Shown here: positions 38,446-47,112 of the stretch, piece after piece | How positions within the stretch are numbered: the first letter of the stretch is position 1 | Layout: every line of letters begins with the position of its first letter | From: an uncultured Chloroflexia bacterium | GTDB lineage: Bacteria; Chloroflexota; Limnocylindria; Limnocylindrales; CSP1-4 | Direction: 5' to 3' | DNA: 64,000 nt | Assembly: GCA_963720755.1 (NCBI GenBank) | Contig: CAVRGP010000011.1 | Location: 1-64,000, forward strand | Program-made: the position numbers and the translations under genes | Notes under the pieces: model-generated | Database searches by the model: none | What the model was told of the DNA's origin: nothing | The model's input: only the letters and a program-made list of their open reading frames with translations

Positions 38446-38937
38446 CTAGAGGGGTTCGGCGCTGGCATGGTCGATGCCGTGAGCCAGCCTGTCCTTCTCC
38501 TCCGGGCTGAGGTTCCGGTCCAGCACGCCCAGGTAGAGTTCCTCCTCGGCGAGGTGGACCTTGAGCATCGCGTAGAGCCGGTAGAGGACGCGCCGCAACC
38601 CGATCTGATCGGCCTCGGTCAGGCGCTCTTCCGCGACCAGCGCACTGTATCCGCACAACGATCCGAACAGGCCGCGCAGCCGGTCATGTTCCTGCCGCAT
38701 CGGCGCCATGGAGTGGCGCTTGTCCATCACTTCTTCCAATCGCCCATAGAGGGTCGTTTCGATCGCCTCCATGTGCGGCACGAGCCGTCCGATGATGAAG
38801 CTGCACTCCTGCTGGAAGGTCGCGGAAAACACCTCCGGCGTGACGTTGCCGATCATCTCGGCGAGTTCCGGAAGGCGGTCGACGTGCGGGTCGATCTCGT
38901 CGTTGTGTTCGTGGGACGTTTCTGGCAACGACCGCAT
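38446..38937 (-). CDS. Hemerythrin-like (HHE) domain protein, paralog of 37438
   Basis: PHMEAIE..LY, RHSMAPMRQEH, LRRVLYRLYAMLKVHLAEE. Confidence 0.82.
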   Translation of the reverse strand: MRSLPETSHEHNDEIDPHVDRLPELAEMIGNVTPEVFSATFQQECSFIIGRLVPHMEAIETTLYGRLEEVMDKRHSMAPMRQEHDRLRGLFGSLCGYSALVAEERLTEADQIGLRRVLYRLYAMLKVHLAEEELYLGVLDRNLSPEEKDRLAHGIDHASAEPL

Positions 38938-39059
38938 GGGTTCGCCTTCCGCTCCGATCTGGAACGCCGGGTGTGGCGCGCTCAGGTGAGTCTGTCGAAC
39001 ATCCCGGACGACGGGGAAGGGCCGTTCGGCCCGTAGTCGGTGGTCGCCAGGGGAGGGCG

Positions 39060-39575
39060 TCAGGCGGTGATCGCCGCAGGAACGCCGCCGGTCTCGAGCG
39101 ACCCTGTTCGCTCGAACGGGCCGGTGATGATGACTTCTGCGGTCTGCTCCAAGCCGCTCCCGTCCCGAACGACATAGGCGTGGTGGACGGTCGTCATCCC
39201 GCTCGACAGGGTGGCCCCGACCGAGCAGTACTTGGTCGCCGACAACTCGATCGCCCGGCGAACCGCCTCGACATCGATCCCTTCGCCCTCCAGGACGTGG
39301 GTCACGTCGATCCGGGTGAACGCGTTCGGGTGGCCTTCCTGCTGATCGCCCGTGGCCTCGACCCGGTACCCGGACACCGGCTGGCGCTTCTTGCGCAGGA
39401 TCGAGATGACGTCCATCGCGGTGCAGCTGGCCAACGCGATCGGGATCAGTTCGGACGGACGCATCCCGGCATCGCCGCGAGCGTCATCGAGGATGAATGC
39501 GTGCCCGCTCCCGGAACGAGCGCTGAAGCGAAGTCCCTCGCCTTCGAGGGTGATGGTGGCTGTCTTGGCGGTCAC
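39060..39575 (-). CDS. OsmC family (YhfA-like) protein
   Basis: GMRPSEL...LASCTAMDVISILRKKR and RAIELSATKYCSV. Confidence 0.9.
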   Translation of the reverse strand: MTAKTATITLEGEGLRFSARSGSGHAFILDDARGDAGMRPSELIPIALASCTAMDVISILRKKRQPVSGYRVEATGDQQEGHPNAFTRIDVTHVLEGEGIDVEAVRRAIELSATKYCSVGATLSSGMTTVHHAYVVRDGSGLEQTAEVIITGPFERTGSLETGGVPAAITA

Positions 39576-39612
39576 GTTTGGCTCCTGGCCTTCTGTCGCG
39601 GATCCGCGACGA

Positions 39613-40011
39613 TCATCGGATGGACTGGACGACCCGCTCGAGGCGGGCTTTCGCGTCCTGCGCCACGGTCTGGATGGCGGGGGCGCCGACGATGCCGAGG
39701 GCGGCCATGGGGTCCATGGCCTCGACGATCGTCTCACTGCCCTCCTCGCGGAGGACGACATTGCAGGGGAGGAGTGTGCCGACCGACGGATCGGCCTCGA
39801 TGGCGCGGTGGGCGAGCGGCGGGTTGCAGGCGCCGAGAATCAGATATGGCGCTTGCTCGATCCCGAGCTTGTCCCGCATCGTCGCCTGGACGTCGATCTC
39901 GGTCAGCACCCCGAACCCCTCAGCCTTGAGGGCGGCGACGACACGCGGCCGAACCTCGGCCACCGTGCCGTGGACGCGGGTCCCGAACGTGAACCCCTGG
40001 GTGGCCGTCAT
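39613..40011 (-). CDS. DUF302 domain protein
   Basis: GFGVLTEIDV, YLILGACNP.LAHRA, LLPCNVV. Confidence 0.92.
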   Translation of the reverse strand: MTATQGFTFGTRVHGTVAEVRPRVVAALKAEGFGVLTEIDVQATMRDKLGIEQAPYLILGACNPPLAHRAIEADPSVGTLLPCNVVLREEGSETIVEAMDPMAALGIVGAPAIQTVAQDAKARLERVVQSIR

Positions 40012-40385
40012 CCGGCGAGCCCCGGTCGGGCGTTCGGACGGGCCTCCGATTCGGCCGAGGCATAGGCACGGGTGTGGGTCGTTGATCGTCGCTCGACGAT
40101 GCGGTGGACGATGTCGCAGGCGTCGAGGATGGTCGGCTCGGCGATCCGGTAGAGGATCGCGTTGCCGGCACGACGGCTCTGGACGAGGTCGGCGTGACGC
40201 ATGACCGCGAGGTGCTGGCTGGCGTTCGGCAGGGTCACCCCGATCCCGTCCGCCAGCTCGGACACCGATCGTTCGCCGTCGCGCAGGGCGTCCAGCATCA
40301 TCAGCCGTTTCGGGTCGGTCAGGACCTTGCAGAGCTCGGCGTGGAGCCGATAGCGCTCCGTCTCGGGATCGTGGTCTTCAGGCAT
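40008..40385 (-). CDS. ArsR family regulator with two Cys
   Basis: HAELCKVL.DPKRL, NASQHLAVMR, ILDAC. Confidence 0.9.
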   Translation of the reverse strand: MPEDHDPETERYRLHAELCKVLTDPKRLMMLDALRDGERSVSELADGIGVTLPNASQHLAVMRHADLVQSRRAGNAILYRIAEPTILDACDIVHRIVERRSTTHTRAYASAESEARPNARPGLAG

Positions 40386-40391
40386 GGGTCC

Positions 40392-40421
40392 AGCCTACAA
40401 CTAGTTGCGTGATTGCGCAAT
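40392..40421. promoter_or_regulatory. Leaderless promoter with operator for ArsR 40385
   Basis: TAGGCT lies 6 nt before the ATG on the minus strand. Palindromes CAACTAGTTG, TTGCG-N6-CGCAA and ATTGCGCAAT overlap it. Confidence 0.55.
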
Positions 40422-40603
40422 AGACAGAATAGACGTGTTCAGGGTTGGTACGACCGGAAGGGCGGTCGGGACCATCGGATGACTCGGGTCCGGGTGGGCC
40501 CCGGGTAGTCTGGCCCGAAGGTGCCCTGCACCCGATGCGGAGCGCGATCCAGCGCACCGTCACGAGGCATCCGGCTGGACCGGCTACACGTGAAGGATGA
40601 TCG

Positions 40604-41335
40604 ATGCGCTTGACCTCACGGACGATCGTCGTCCTCGGCGCCCTCCTCGGGATCGTCATCGTCTGGTCGTCGGATCAGATCCTCCCGGCGACGTCGGCCT
40701 ACCAGGCCCAGATGCGGATCTGGCTGTTCGCGCGGGCGGCCGGCATCACCGCCTATCTCATCCTGACCTTCGTGATCGCCATCGGCCTGATCCTCAGTCA
40801 CCCGGTCAACAAGTCGACCTGGAAGCTATCCAAGTGGATCTTCCCGTGGCACGAGAACCTGCTCGTCTTCACCATCGCCTTCACCACCGTCCACATCGTC
40901 ACGATCCTGCTCGACCCGTGGGCGGGCGTGGGCATCGTTGGCGCATTCATCCCGGGTCTGTCGAGCTTCCGGAGCGTGCCGATCGCGCTTGGCACGCTGG
41001 CTCTGTACGGATTGCTGCTGACCGGTCTGACCGCTCGGTACACCCAGCTCCTGCCACGGGGCGTGTGGCTCAAGATCCACCGTCTGAGCATCGTCGTCTG
41101 GGGTCTGAGCTGGAGCCACGGCATCCTGTCCGGCACGGACACCGGCGGGATCGCCCCGCTGTACGTGGTGACGGGGCTGCTGATCCTGGCGTCGGCGGCC
41201 TATCGCTACTGGGTCGGCAAACTGGGGCGCCCGACCTTCGCGTCAAGCCTCCCTGCGACCAGCCCTGAATGGGGTCCCGCCGGATCCACGCCCGCGGCCG
41301 CGGTCGCGCTCGGATCCGTGGAGGTTCGTTCGTGA
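40604..41335 (+). CDS. Ferric reductase-like (MsrQ-like) transmembrane cytochrome b
   Basis: W...RAAG..AY, WHE, VHI, W.KIHRLS, HGILSGTD, giving four His heme-ligand candidates. Confidence 0.85.
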   Translation: MRLTSRTIVVLGALLGIVIVWSSDQILPATSAYQAQMRIWLFARAAGITAYLILTFVIAIGLILSHPVNKSTWKLSKWIFPWHENLLVFTIAFTTVHIVTILLDPWAGVGIVGAFIPGLSSFRSVPIALGTLALYGLLLTGLTARYTQLLPRGVWLKIHRLSIVVWGLSWSHGILSGTDTGGIAPLYVVTGLLILASAAYRYWVGKLGRPTFASSLPATSPEWGPAGSTPAAAVALGSVEVRS

Positions 41336-42123
41336 AGGGCCGGATGCGCCGCGGTGCCGTGATCGCCGGGGTGATCGCCAGCCTCCTCGTCGGCGTCCTG
41401 TCGATCCAGGTCGCGGCCGACCTCGCCGCCGCGGCCGCCCCGCCACCCGCGCCACCGGTCTCGCTCGACACCTTGAAGAGCCAGCTCGCCGCTGAGCAGG
41501 ATCGTGCCACCGGGCTGCAGCAACAGCTCGAGGACCTGATGGGCGTGACCGGCCAGCTGACCGATGCGCTGGATGCGACCCAGACCCAGGTCAACGACGA
41601 TGGCCTGTCGGCGACCGACCTTCGTCACAGACTGAAGGCGGCCGAAGCGAAGCTGGCGCTCGTCAATGGATTGCTCAGGAAGGCGAAAGCTCGCCTCGTC
41701 GCGCTCGGGCAGACGACGGCCGGTCTGTCTGCCGGAAGCGGGTCCTCGTCCGGCAAGGGCGGCGGAGGAGGTGGTGCCGGCGCTGCGGCGACCCCGGCGC
41801 CCACCGCGCCGCCGCCGGCGGCCCCGACCTTCAGTCTGTCCCTCAGCCTGGCGGGCGGTGGGGTCAAGGCGGCCTGGACGGCCTGCACGCTGAACAACTT
41901 CTACGCCTATGCGCTGGTTCGCTCGACCGACCGCGAGATCCACTACCCGCCCGAGGACAGGGACACCCTGGTCGCCCAGGTCAACTCGAGCTCGACGCTC
42001 ACCGCGACCGATGGGGCTGCCCCTTCCGGCACCCTCTGGTACCGGCTCTACTGTCTGACCCGGAGTGGGGGTGAGACCCGGATCGGGACGTCGACGTCCA
42101 CTGTCCAGATCTCCGTACCGTGA
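41332..42123 (+). CDS. Exported coiled-coil protein with C-terminal beta-sandwich domain
   Basis: N-terminal hydrophobic segment, long heptad region, Gly/Pro linker and FN3-like end (WYRLYC). GTGA-coupled. Confidence 0.7.
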   Translation: MKGRMRRGAVIAGVIASLLVGVLSIQVAADLAAAAAPPPAPPVSLDTLKSQLAAEQDRATGLQQQLEDLMGVTGQLTDALDATQTQVNDDGLSATDLRHRLKAAEAKLALVNGLLRKAKARLVALGQTTAGLSAGSGSSSGKGGGGGGAGAAATPAPTAPPPAAPTFSLSLSLAGGGVKAAWTACTLNNFYAYALVRSTDREIHYPPEDRDTLVAQVNSSSTLTATDGAAPSGTLWYRLYCLTRSGGETRIGTSTSTVQISVP

Positions 42124-42131
42124 GGCCGACG

Positions 42132-42653
42132 ATGTCAAACGAACGACCGCCCACGAAGACGCCCGACACGAAGCGGCCCTATCACGTCGGCGTCGCGATC
42201 GGCCTGACGACCGGTGTCTATGCGATCAGTCTGCTCGCCACCACCCAGATGCAGATCACGACCGACCGGGCACTGATCGCGGACCGGGCGCCGGTGGCCA
42301 ACGCCATCGATGCGCTCGATCAGCATCACGATGAGCAGGAGGCCCGACTCCTCGAGGCGCGCCTCCGCTACCAGGACGGGACCGCCGGCTACGACGCCGT
42401 GGCCGAGCGACTGGCCGTCCTCGAAGCCCGCCTGGCCGCCGTGGGCAAGACCGTCGGCAAAGTAGAGCGGCTGAGCGACTCACTGCCGGGCAGCCTGGCG
42501 CTCGGCAGCATGCCGACAACGGTCGCTCGTGGTGGAGGCTCCGGCAGCTCGTCGGGTGGTGGGCACACGGCGATCAAGCTTCCGCCACCGCCGCCCGCCA
42601 AGGCGGCACCCCCACCGGCGAGCGGTGGGACGGGAGGGTCGGGCAAGCCTTGA
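42132..42653 (+). CDS. Membrane-anchored coiled-coil protein, candidate flavinylation substrate
   Basis: One TM helix, coiled coil and Pro/Gly tail ending GGTGGSGKP. Directly coupled to apbE. Confidence 0.65.
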   Translation: MSNERPPTKTPDTKRPYHVGVAIGLTTGVYAISLLATTQMQITTDRALIADRAPVANAIDALDQHHDEQEARLLEARLRYQDGTAGYDAVAERLAVLEARLAAVGKTVGKVERLSDSLPGSLALGSMPTTVARGGGSGSSSGGGHTAIKLPPPPPAKAAPPPASGGTGGSGKP

Positions 42654-43612
42654 CCGTCGGAACCGGAACGACCGCACCGTCGCAGGTGGCGAGCGAGCGG
42701 GTCTTCACCGGTCGGGCGCTCGGATCCCCGCTGCGACTGACCCTGCGCAACGTGCCCCTTGCCGAGGCCGAGACGGCGTGGAAGGCGGTCGTGGACGAGT
42801 TCGATGCCGTTGACGGGGCGATGTCCGCCTACCGAGCCGACAGTGAAGTCACCCAGCTCAACGAGCGCGCCGGGCATCGCGACGCCATCCGCGTGGAACG
42901 GCGTCTGTACGACGCGCTGGCGCTCGCGGACCGGGCGTGGCGGCGGACCGGCGGTCGCTTCGACACCCGAGTCCTCGCCGTCCTGCTCGATCTGGGCCGG
43001 CCCGGTGTGCAGCATGTCGATGTCCCGGACCCGGTCCCGACGCCGACCGATTCCGGTATCCGTCGCTTTCCTCGGGAACGGTCGATCTCGGTCTCGGCTC
43101 CGGTCGATCTCGGCGGTCTCGGCAAGGGCCTCGCACTGCGCTGGGCGTGGCGTCGCCTGGCTCCCATCGTGGACCTGCCCGGCAGAGGTGGGTTCATCGA
43201 AGCCGGAGGCGATCTCGTCGGGCATGGGCCGGGACCGGCCGGGGATGCCTGGCTCATCCGGATCGATTCACCGGATGGGGCGACCGACCCAGTGGCGGTC
43301 GTCGAGCTCGGGTCAGGCGGTCTGTGTACCTCCTCCACCGAGGTCTCGACCTGGGTGACGCCGGACGGTCAGGTCGTCCATCACCTCATCGACCCGCGAA
43401 CCGGCCGACCGGGTGGCCAGGGCCTGATGTCCGTGACCGTGGCCACGCCCGACCCGGCCTGGGCCGAGATCTGGAGCAAGGTCCTCTTCCTTGCCGGGCC
43501 GGAGGTGATCGGGCCGGAGGCGAGGAGCCTGGGACTGGCGGCCTGGTGGGTGACCAGGAGTGGCGGGCTGGAGATGACCCCGGCCGCCCGTCAGCGGACG
43601 GTCTGGTCCTGA
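42650..43612 (+). CDS. apbE: FAD:protein FMN transferase (ApbE)
   Basis: MS.YRADSEV..LN, TGGRFD, DLGGLGKG, AGGDL, CTSS, HHLIDPRTG, SVTV...A.AE..SK. Confidence 0.93.
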   Translation: MTVGTGTTAPSQVASERVFTGRALGSPLRLTLRNVPLAEAETAWKAVVDEFDAVDGAMSAYRADSEVTQLNERAGHRDAIRVERRLYDALALADRAWRRTGGRFDTRVLAVLLDLGRPGVQHVDVPDPVPTPTDSGIRRFPRERSISVSAPVDLGGLGKGLALRWAWRRLAPIVDLPGRGGFIEAGGDLVGHGPGPAGDAWLIRIDSPDGATDPVAVVELGSGGLCTSSTEVSTWVTPDGQVVHHLIDPRTGRPGGQGLMSVTVATPDPAWAEIWSKVLFLAGPEVIGPEARSLGLAAWWVTRSGGLEMTPAARQRTVWS

Positions 43613-43636
43613 CGCTCCCGGTCGGGGGATACGACC

Positions 43637-44647
43637 TCAGCGGATCGGCAGGATCAGGACGTACCGTCCGTACCACTCCTTGCGGGCCTTCGCGTACCCG
43701 GGTGTGTACGGATCGTCGAGAAGGCTGTCCCGTTCGTAGTAGCGCTGGAACCGCCACTTGTAGGTCATCGTGTAGCGCAGTGACTTGTACGTCATCCTGA
43801 GATCGACCGCGTGGGACCGGCGGAGTGGGTCGCTCAGGTAGAGCCCCCGAACGGTGAAGGCGTTGGTGTAGTGGCCGGCCGCATCCCGCGCCCACGGGTC
43901 GCCAGCGAGGCCGTCGTAGCCGGTGAGCATCTGCGCGTGCCGGCCGCGCCAACCCATGAGCCCGACCGGCTTGCCCGTCGCGATGAGCGCCCTGACGGCG
44001 GCCTTGATCGCCCGGTCGTAGGAACCATAGGACCGATCGTCGTAGACGCGAGATCCGGCCAGGAGCGTGTCGGCGCCCCAACCGTAGTAGTTCAGCGCGT
44101 TCCGCCAGCCATGCGGGTCGGATCCGTAGCCGCCGACGAGTGTGTCGTGACGGCGCTCCCAGGACAGGATCTCGTCCTGGACGGAGCGTGCGTTCGTCGG
44201 CAGCCAGATGAACCCATCGCCACCGGTCCCGCTCGAGGCGATGAAGTTGAGCATGCTCCGCGTCGAGGTCGCGGTGCAGGCTCGCCAATCGGGGTTCTGG
44301 AAGCCGAAACTCGTGGTGACGAACAGGTCCAGGGATCGGGGTGCGACCGGTGTCGGCGTCGGTGTCGGCGTCGGAGTTGGCGTGGGCGTGGGGGTCGGAC
44401 TTGGACTTGGGCTCGGACTTGGACTTGGGCTCGGACTTGGACTCGGACTTGGGGTCGGATCCGGGGTCGGCGACGGCGACGGCGAGACGGTCGGTGTCGG
44501 GCTCGGTGACGGATCCGCGGCGGCGGCCACGCGTGGCAGGGCAACGAGTGCCAGGGCGCCGCCAAGGACGCCGGCCATCGCGAATCGGCGAAGGATAGAG
44601 AGCCCGAGCAGCGAGCCAGGCATCGCCCTGGGTTGAGCAAGTCGCAT
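43637..44647 (-). CDS. Exported protein with Pro-Thr/Ser linker and papain-like (C39-like) domain
   Basis: Hydrophobic leader, (PS/PT)n linker, Q....AC.A.S..SMLN, GRHA...TGY, DP. Confidence 0.65.
   Translation of the reverse strand: MRLAQPRAMPGSLLGLSILRRFAMAGVLGGALALVALPRVAAAADPSPSPTPTVSPSPSPTPDPTPSPSPSPSPSPSPSPSPSPTPTPTPTPTPTPTPTPVAPRSLDLFVTTSFGFQNPDWRACTATSTRSMLNFIASSGTGGDGFIWLPTNARSVQDEILSWERRHDTLVGGYGSDPHGWRNALNYYGWGADTLLAGSRVYDDRSYGSYDRAIKAAVRALIATGKPVGLMGWRGRHAQMLTGYDGLAGDPWARDAAGHYTNAFTVRGLYLSDPLRRSHAVDLRMTYKSLRYTMTYKWRFQRYYERDSLLDDPYTPGYAKARKEWYGRYVLILPIR
44349..44512. repeat. Coding hexamer tandem repeat encoding (PS)n(PT)n linker
   Basis: Degenerate GGACTT/GGCGTC-type hexamers within the CDS. 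Confidence 0.8.
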
Positions 44648-44728
44648 GGTCCACCCACCATACGACCGGGCCACGGCCCGGGACACCGCCCTGAAAGTAC
44701 TCGTGGAACAGGTCCGGCGAGGTTCGTC

Positions 44729-45694
44729 CTAGCGGTCGACTTCCGCCGGTTCGTCCCGTACGGCCGCTGTCACCACCGGAGCTGGTCGAAGCGAACCGCG
44801 CACCAGGGCCATCGGCCGGACGTCGAGGATGAGGCCGAGGGCGACGAACACCAGCAACGAGCCGAAGAGGAACGTCGGCGAGATCGACTCCGACAGGAAG
44901 ATGGCGCCCCAGACCGTGCCGAAGACCGGATTGAGGAATGTCACGGTACTCGTCGCCATCGGGCCGACATCGCGATTCAGGCGGAACAGGATCGGCCAGG
45001 CGATCGCCGTCGAGAGGATGCCGATCCCGAGCATGGCCACGACGGCCTCAGACGTGATCGTCGCATCCCCGGCCGTGACCGCCGCGAACGGCAGGAGCAT
45101 GAACGCAGCCGCGATGAGCTGCCCTGCTGCGAGCTGGACTGGCGGCTGGGGACCCATCCGACGCCGGATGTACGTGAGCGCGATGCCATATGACGCCGCG
45201 GCGAGCGTCGCGGCCACAACGCCGATCAGGGCATCCGGTGCCAGCTGGATGCCCTCGAGGCCGACGATGACGCCGACGCCGAGGAAGCCGATGACGATCG
45301 CCGCGATCCGTCGCTGGGTCGGCGCCTGCCGGAGCCAGATCGCGAGGATGATGGCCGTCCAGAACGGCGTCGTCGCGTTGATGATCGACCCCAGACCGGC
45401 CGTGATCGAGCGCTCCGCGAACGCGAACAACGCGAACGGAAGCGCCGCCATGAACAGGCCCACGATGAGGTAGTCGCGCCACGACGCCCGCATCGCCGCG
45501 ATTCGCGTCCGGCCGACGAACGGCAACAGGATGACGGCCGCGATCAGGACCCGGACGAAGGCGACGACCAGGGCGGGCAGCTCCGGAGCGGCGAGACGCA
45601 TGAACAGGAACGACCCACCGAACGCTGCGCCGCAATAGAGGAGGGACGCGACGACGACGGGCGATACCGACGCGCGCTCGGCAGGCCGGATCAC
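44729..45694 (-). CDS. EamA/DMT family transporter
   Basis: 10 TM helices; SFLFMR, LPFALFAFAE.SITAG, TFLNPVFG..WG..FL.E. Confidence 0.9.
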   Translation of the reverse strand: MIRPAERASVSPVVVASLLYCGAAFGGSFLFMRLAAPELPALVVAFVRVLIAAVILLPFVGRTRIAAMRASWRDYLIVGLFMAALPFALFAFAERSITAGLGSIINATTPFWTAIILAIWLRQAPTQRRIAAIVIGFLGVGVIVGLEGIQLAPDALIGVVAATLAAASYGIALTYIRRRMGPQPPVQLAAGQLIAAAFMLLPFAAVTAGDATITSEAVVAMLGIGILSTAIAWPILFRLNRDVGPMATSTVTFLNPVFGTVWGAIFLSESISPTFLFGSLLVFVALGLILDVRPMALVRGSLRPAPVVTAAVRDEPAEVDR

Positions 45695-45860
45695 ACTGCC
45701 ACGCTCGTCGGCCTGGCCTGGCGCACGGGCGGTCGCGCCGCCAAGATGGCTCCGATGGCCATCGAAACGGGAACGCGCGTGATCCGCTGTGCGCGATGTC
45801 GGGCGTGGGTCTGGCGCATCGAGCCGACTGTATCCGATTGGTCGGGCGGATGGCGGGTCG

Positions 45861-47087
45861 ATGGATAGCGCGGATGTCGTCATCGCCGGGGCGGGGATCG
45901 CCGGCATCGCCACCGCCTGGCAGGTGGCCGAACAGCTCGGTGCGACGACCGCCGTCCTGATCGATCCGCGTCCGCCGCTGTCGCTCACCAGCGACCGGCC
46001 GGGTGCCAACTACCGTGATTGGTGGCCCCAGCGAACCATGGTCGAACTGGCGCAACGCAGCATCGGATCCGTCGAGCGCCTTGTCGCTGCCGGGGCCGAT
46101 GTCGCGATGGATCGTCGTGGCTACCTGTACGTGACTGCCGACCCGTCGGTCGCCGAGACGTTGCCGTCGTTCATCGAGCGGCACGTCGCGGCGGGGGTCG
46201 CGCGGACCGACGCGGACTTGTGGCTCGGTCCGGATGAGCTGGCGACGCGATTCCCGCACCTCGGTCGCGCGTCGCTGGGCGCGATCCACGCACGGCGAGC
46301 GGGGAGCCTCGATACGGTCGGGCTTGGGCGGGCGATGCTGGCGGCGGCGCAGCTTCGCGGGGTTCGGGTGGGGCGAGGGACCGTCGTGGCGGTCGGCACA
46401 GCGAACGGCCGCGTCGAAAGCGTGACGGTGACGACAGCCGATGGACATCGCCGGATCCACACGGATCGTTTCGTCAACGCGGCCGGGCCGTTCGCACTGG
46501 CGGTCGCACGGCTGGTCGGAGCCGATCTCGAGCTCCAGACCGTTCTTCGCCAGAAGGTCGTCTTCCGCGATCCGCTCGGGATCGTGCCTCGCGATGCACC
46601 ATTCACGATCGGCCTCGACGAGACCGATGGACTCCCAGCCGGAGTCCATATCAAGCCGGACGCTTCGATAGGCCCGGATACGATCAAGCTCGGGTGGGCT
46701 CGCGACCAGACGCCGTCCGAACCAGGCGTCGACCCGTCATGCCCTCCGGACTTCCCGGCCGTGGTCCTGGCGCGGGCCGCGACGATGGTGCCGGGCCTTG
46801 AGGCCTACCTTGCCCGAGCGCCCGACCTTCTGGCGCACGATGGCGGCTTCTATGCCCGTACCCCCGACGGCTTTCCGTTGATCGGCCCGCTCGGGCCTGA
46901 CGGCGCGTTCATCGTCGGTGGGATGGCGGGGTTCGGGACGATGATGGCGGCCGCGGCCGGCGAACTCGGCGCCGCCTGGGTTATCGGTGGCGACCGGCCG
47001 GACCTGGCCCAGAGCTTCGACCCGCGGCGGCCTACCGTGGCCCGACGGGTCGATGGTTCCGCGGCACCGCGGTACGGCGAGCTCTGA
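45861..47087 (+). CDS. FAD-dependent oxidoreductase (DAO/sarcosine oxidase beta-like)
   Basis: VVIAGAGIAG, VNAAGPFA, GFYARTPDGFPLIGP, GFG.M...AAGEL. Confidence 0.88.
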   Translation: MDSADVVIAGAGIAGIATAWQVAEQLGATTAVLIDPRPPLSLTSDRPGANYRDWWPQRTMVELAQRSIGSVERLVAAGADVAMDRRGYLYVTADPSVAETLPSFIERHVAAGVARTDADLWLGPDELATRFPHLGRASLGAIHARRAGSLDTVGLGRAMLAAAQLRGVRVGRGTVVAVGTANGRVESVTVTTADGHRRIHTDRFVNAAGPFALAVARLVGADLELQTVLRQKVVFRDPLGIVPRDAPFTIGLDETDGLPAGVHIKPDASIGPDTIKLGWARDQTPSEPGVDPSCPPDFPAVVLARAATMVPGLEAYLARAPDLLAHDGGFYARTPDGFPLIGPLGPDGAFIVGGMAGFGTMMAAAAGELGAAWVIGGDRPDLAQSFDPRRPTVARRVDGSAAPRYGEL

Positions 47088-47112
47088 CGAACAACCGGGC
47101 GGTCGAAGCGGA

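Noticed and set aside
44349-44512. Regular short repeats as a possible CRISPR array or VNTR
   Set aside because: Degenerate hexamers encoding a Pro-Ser/Pro-Thr linker; no spacers and no cas genes.
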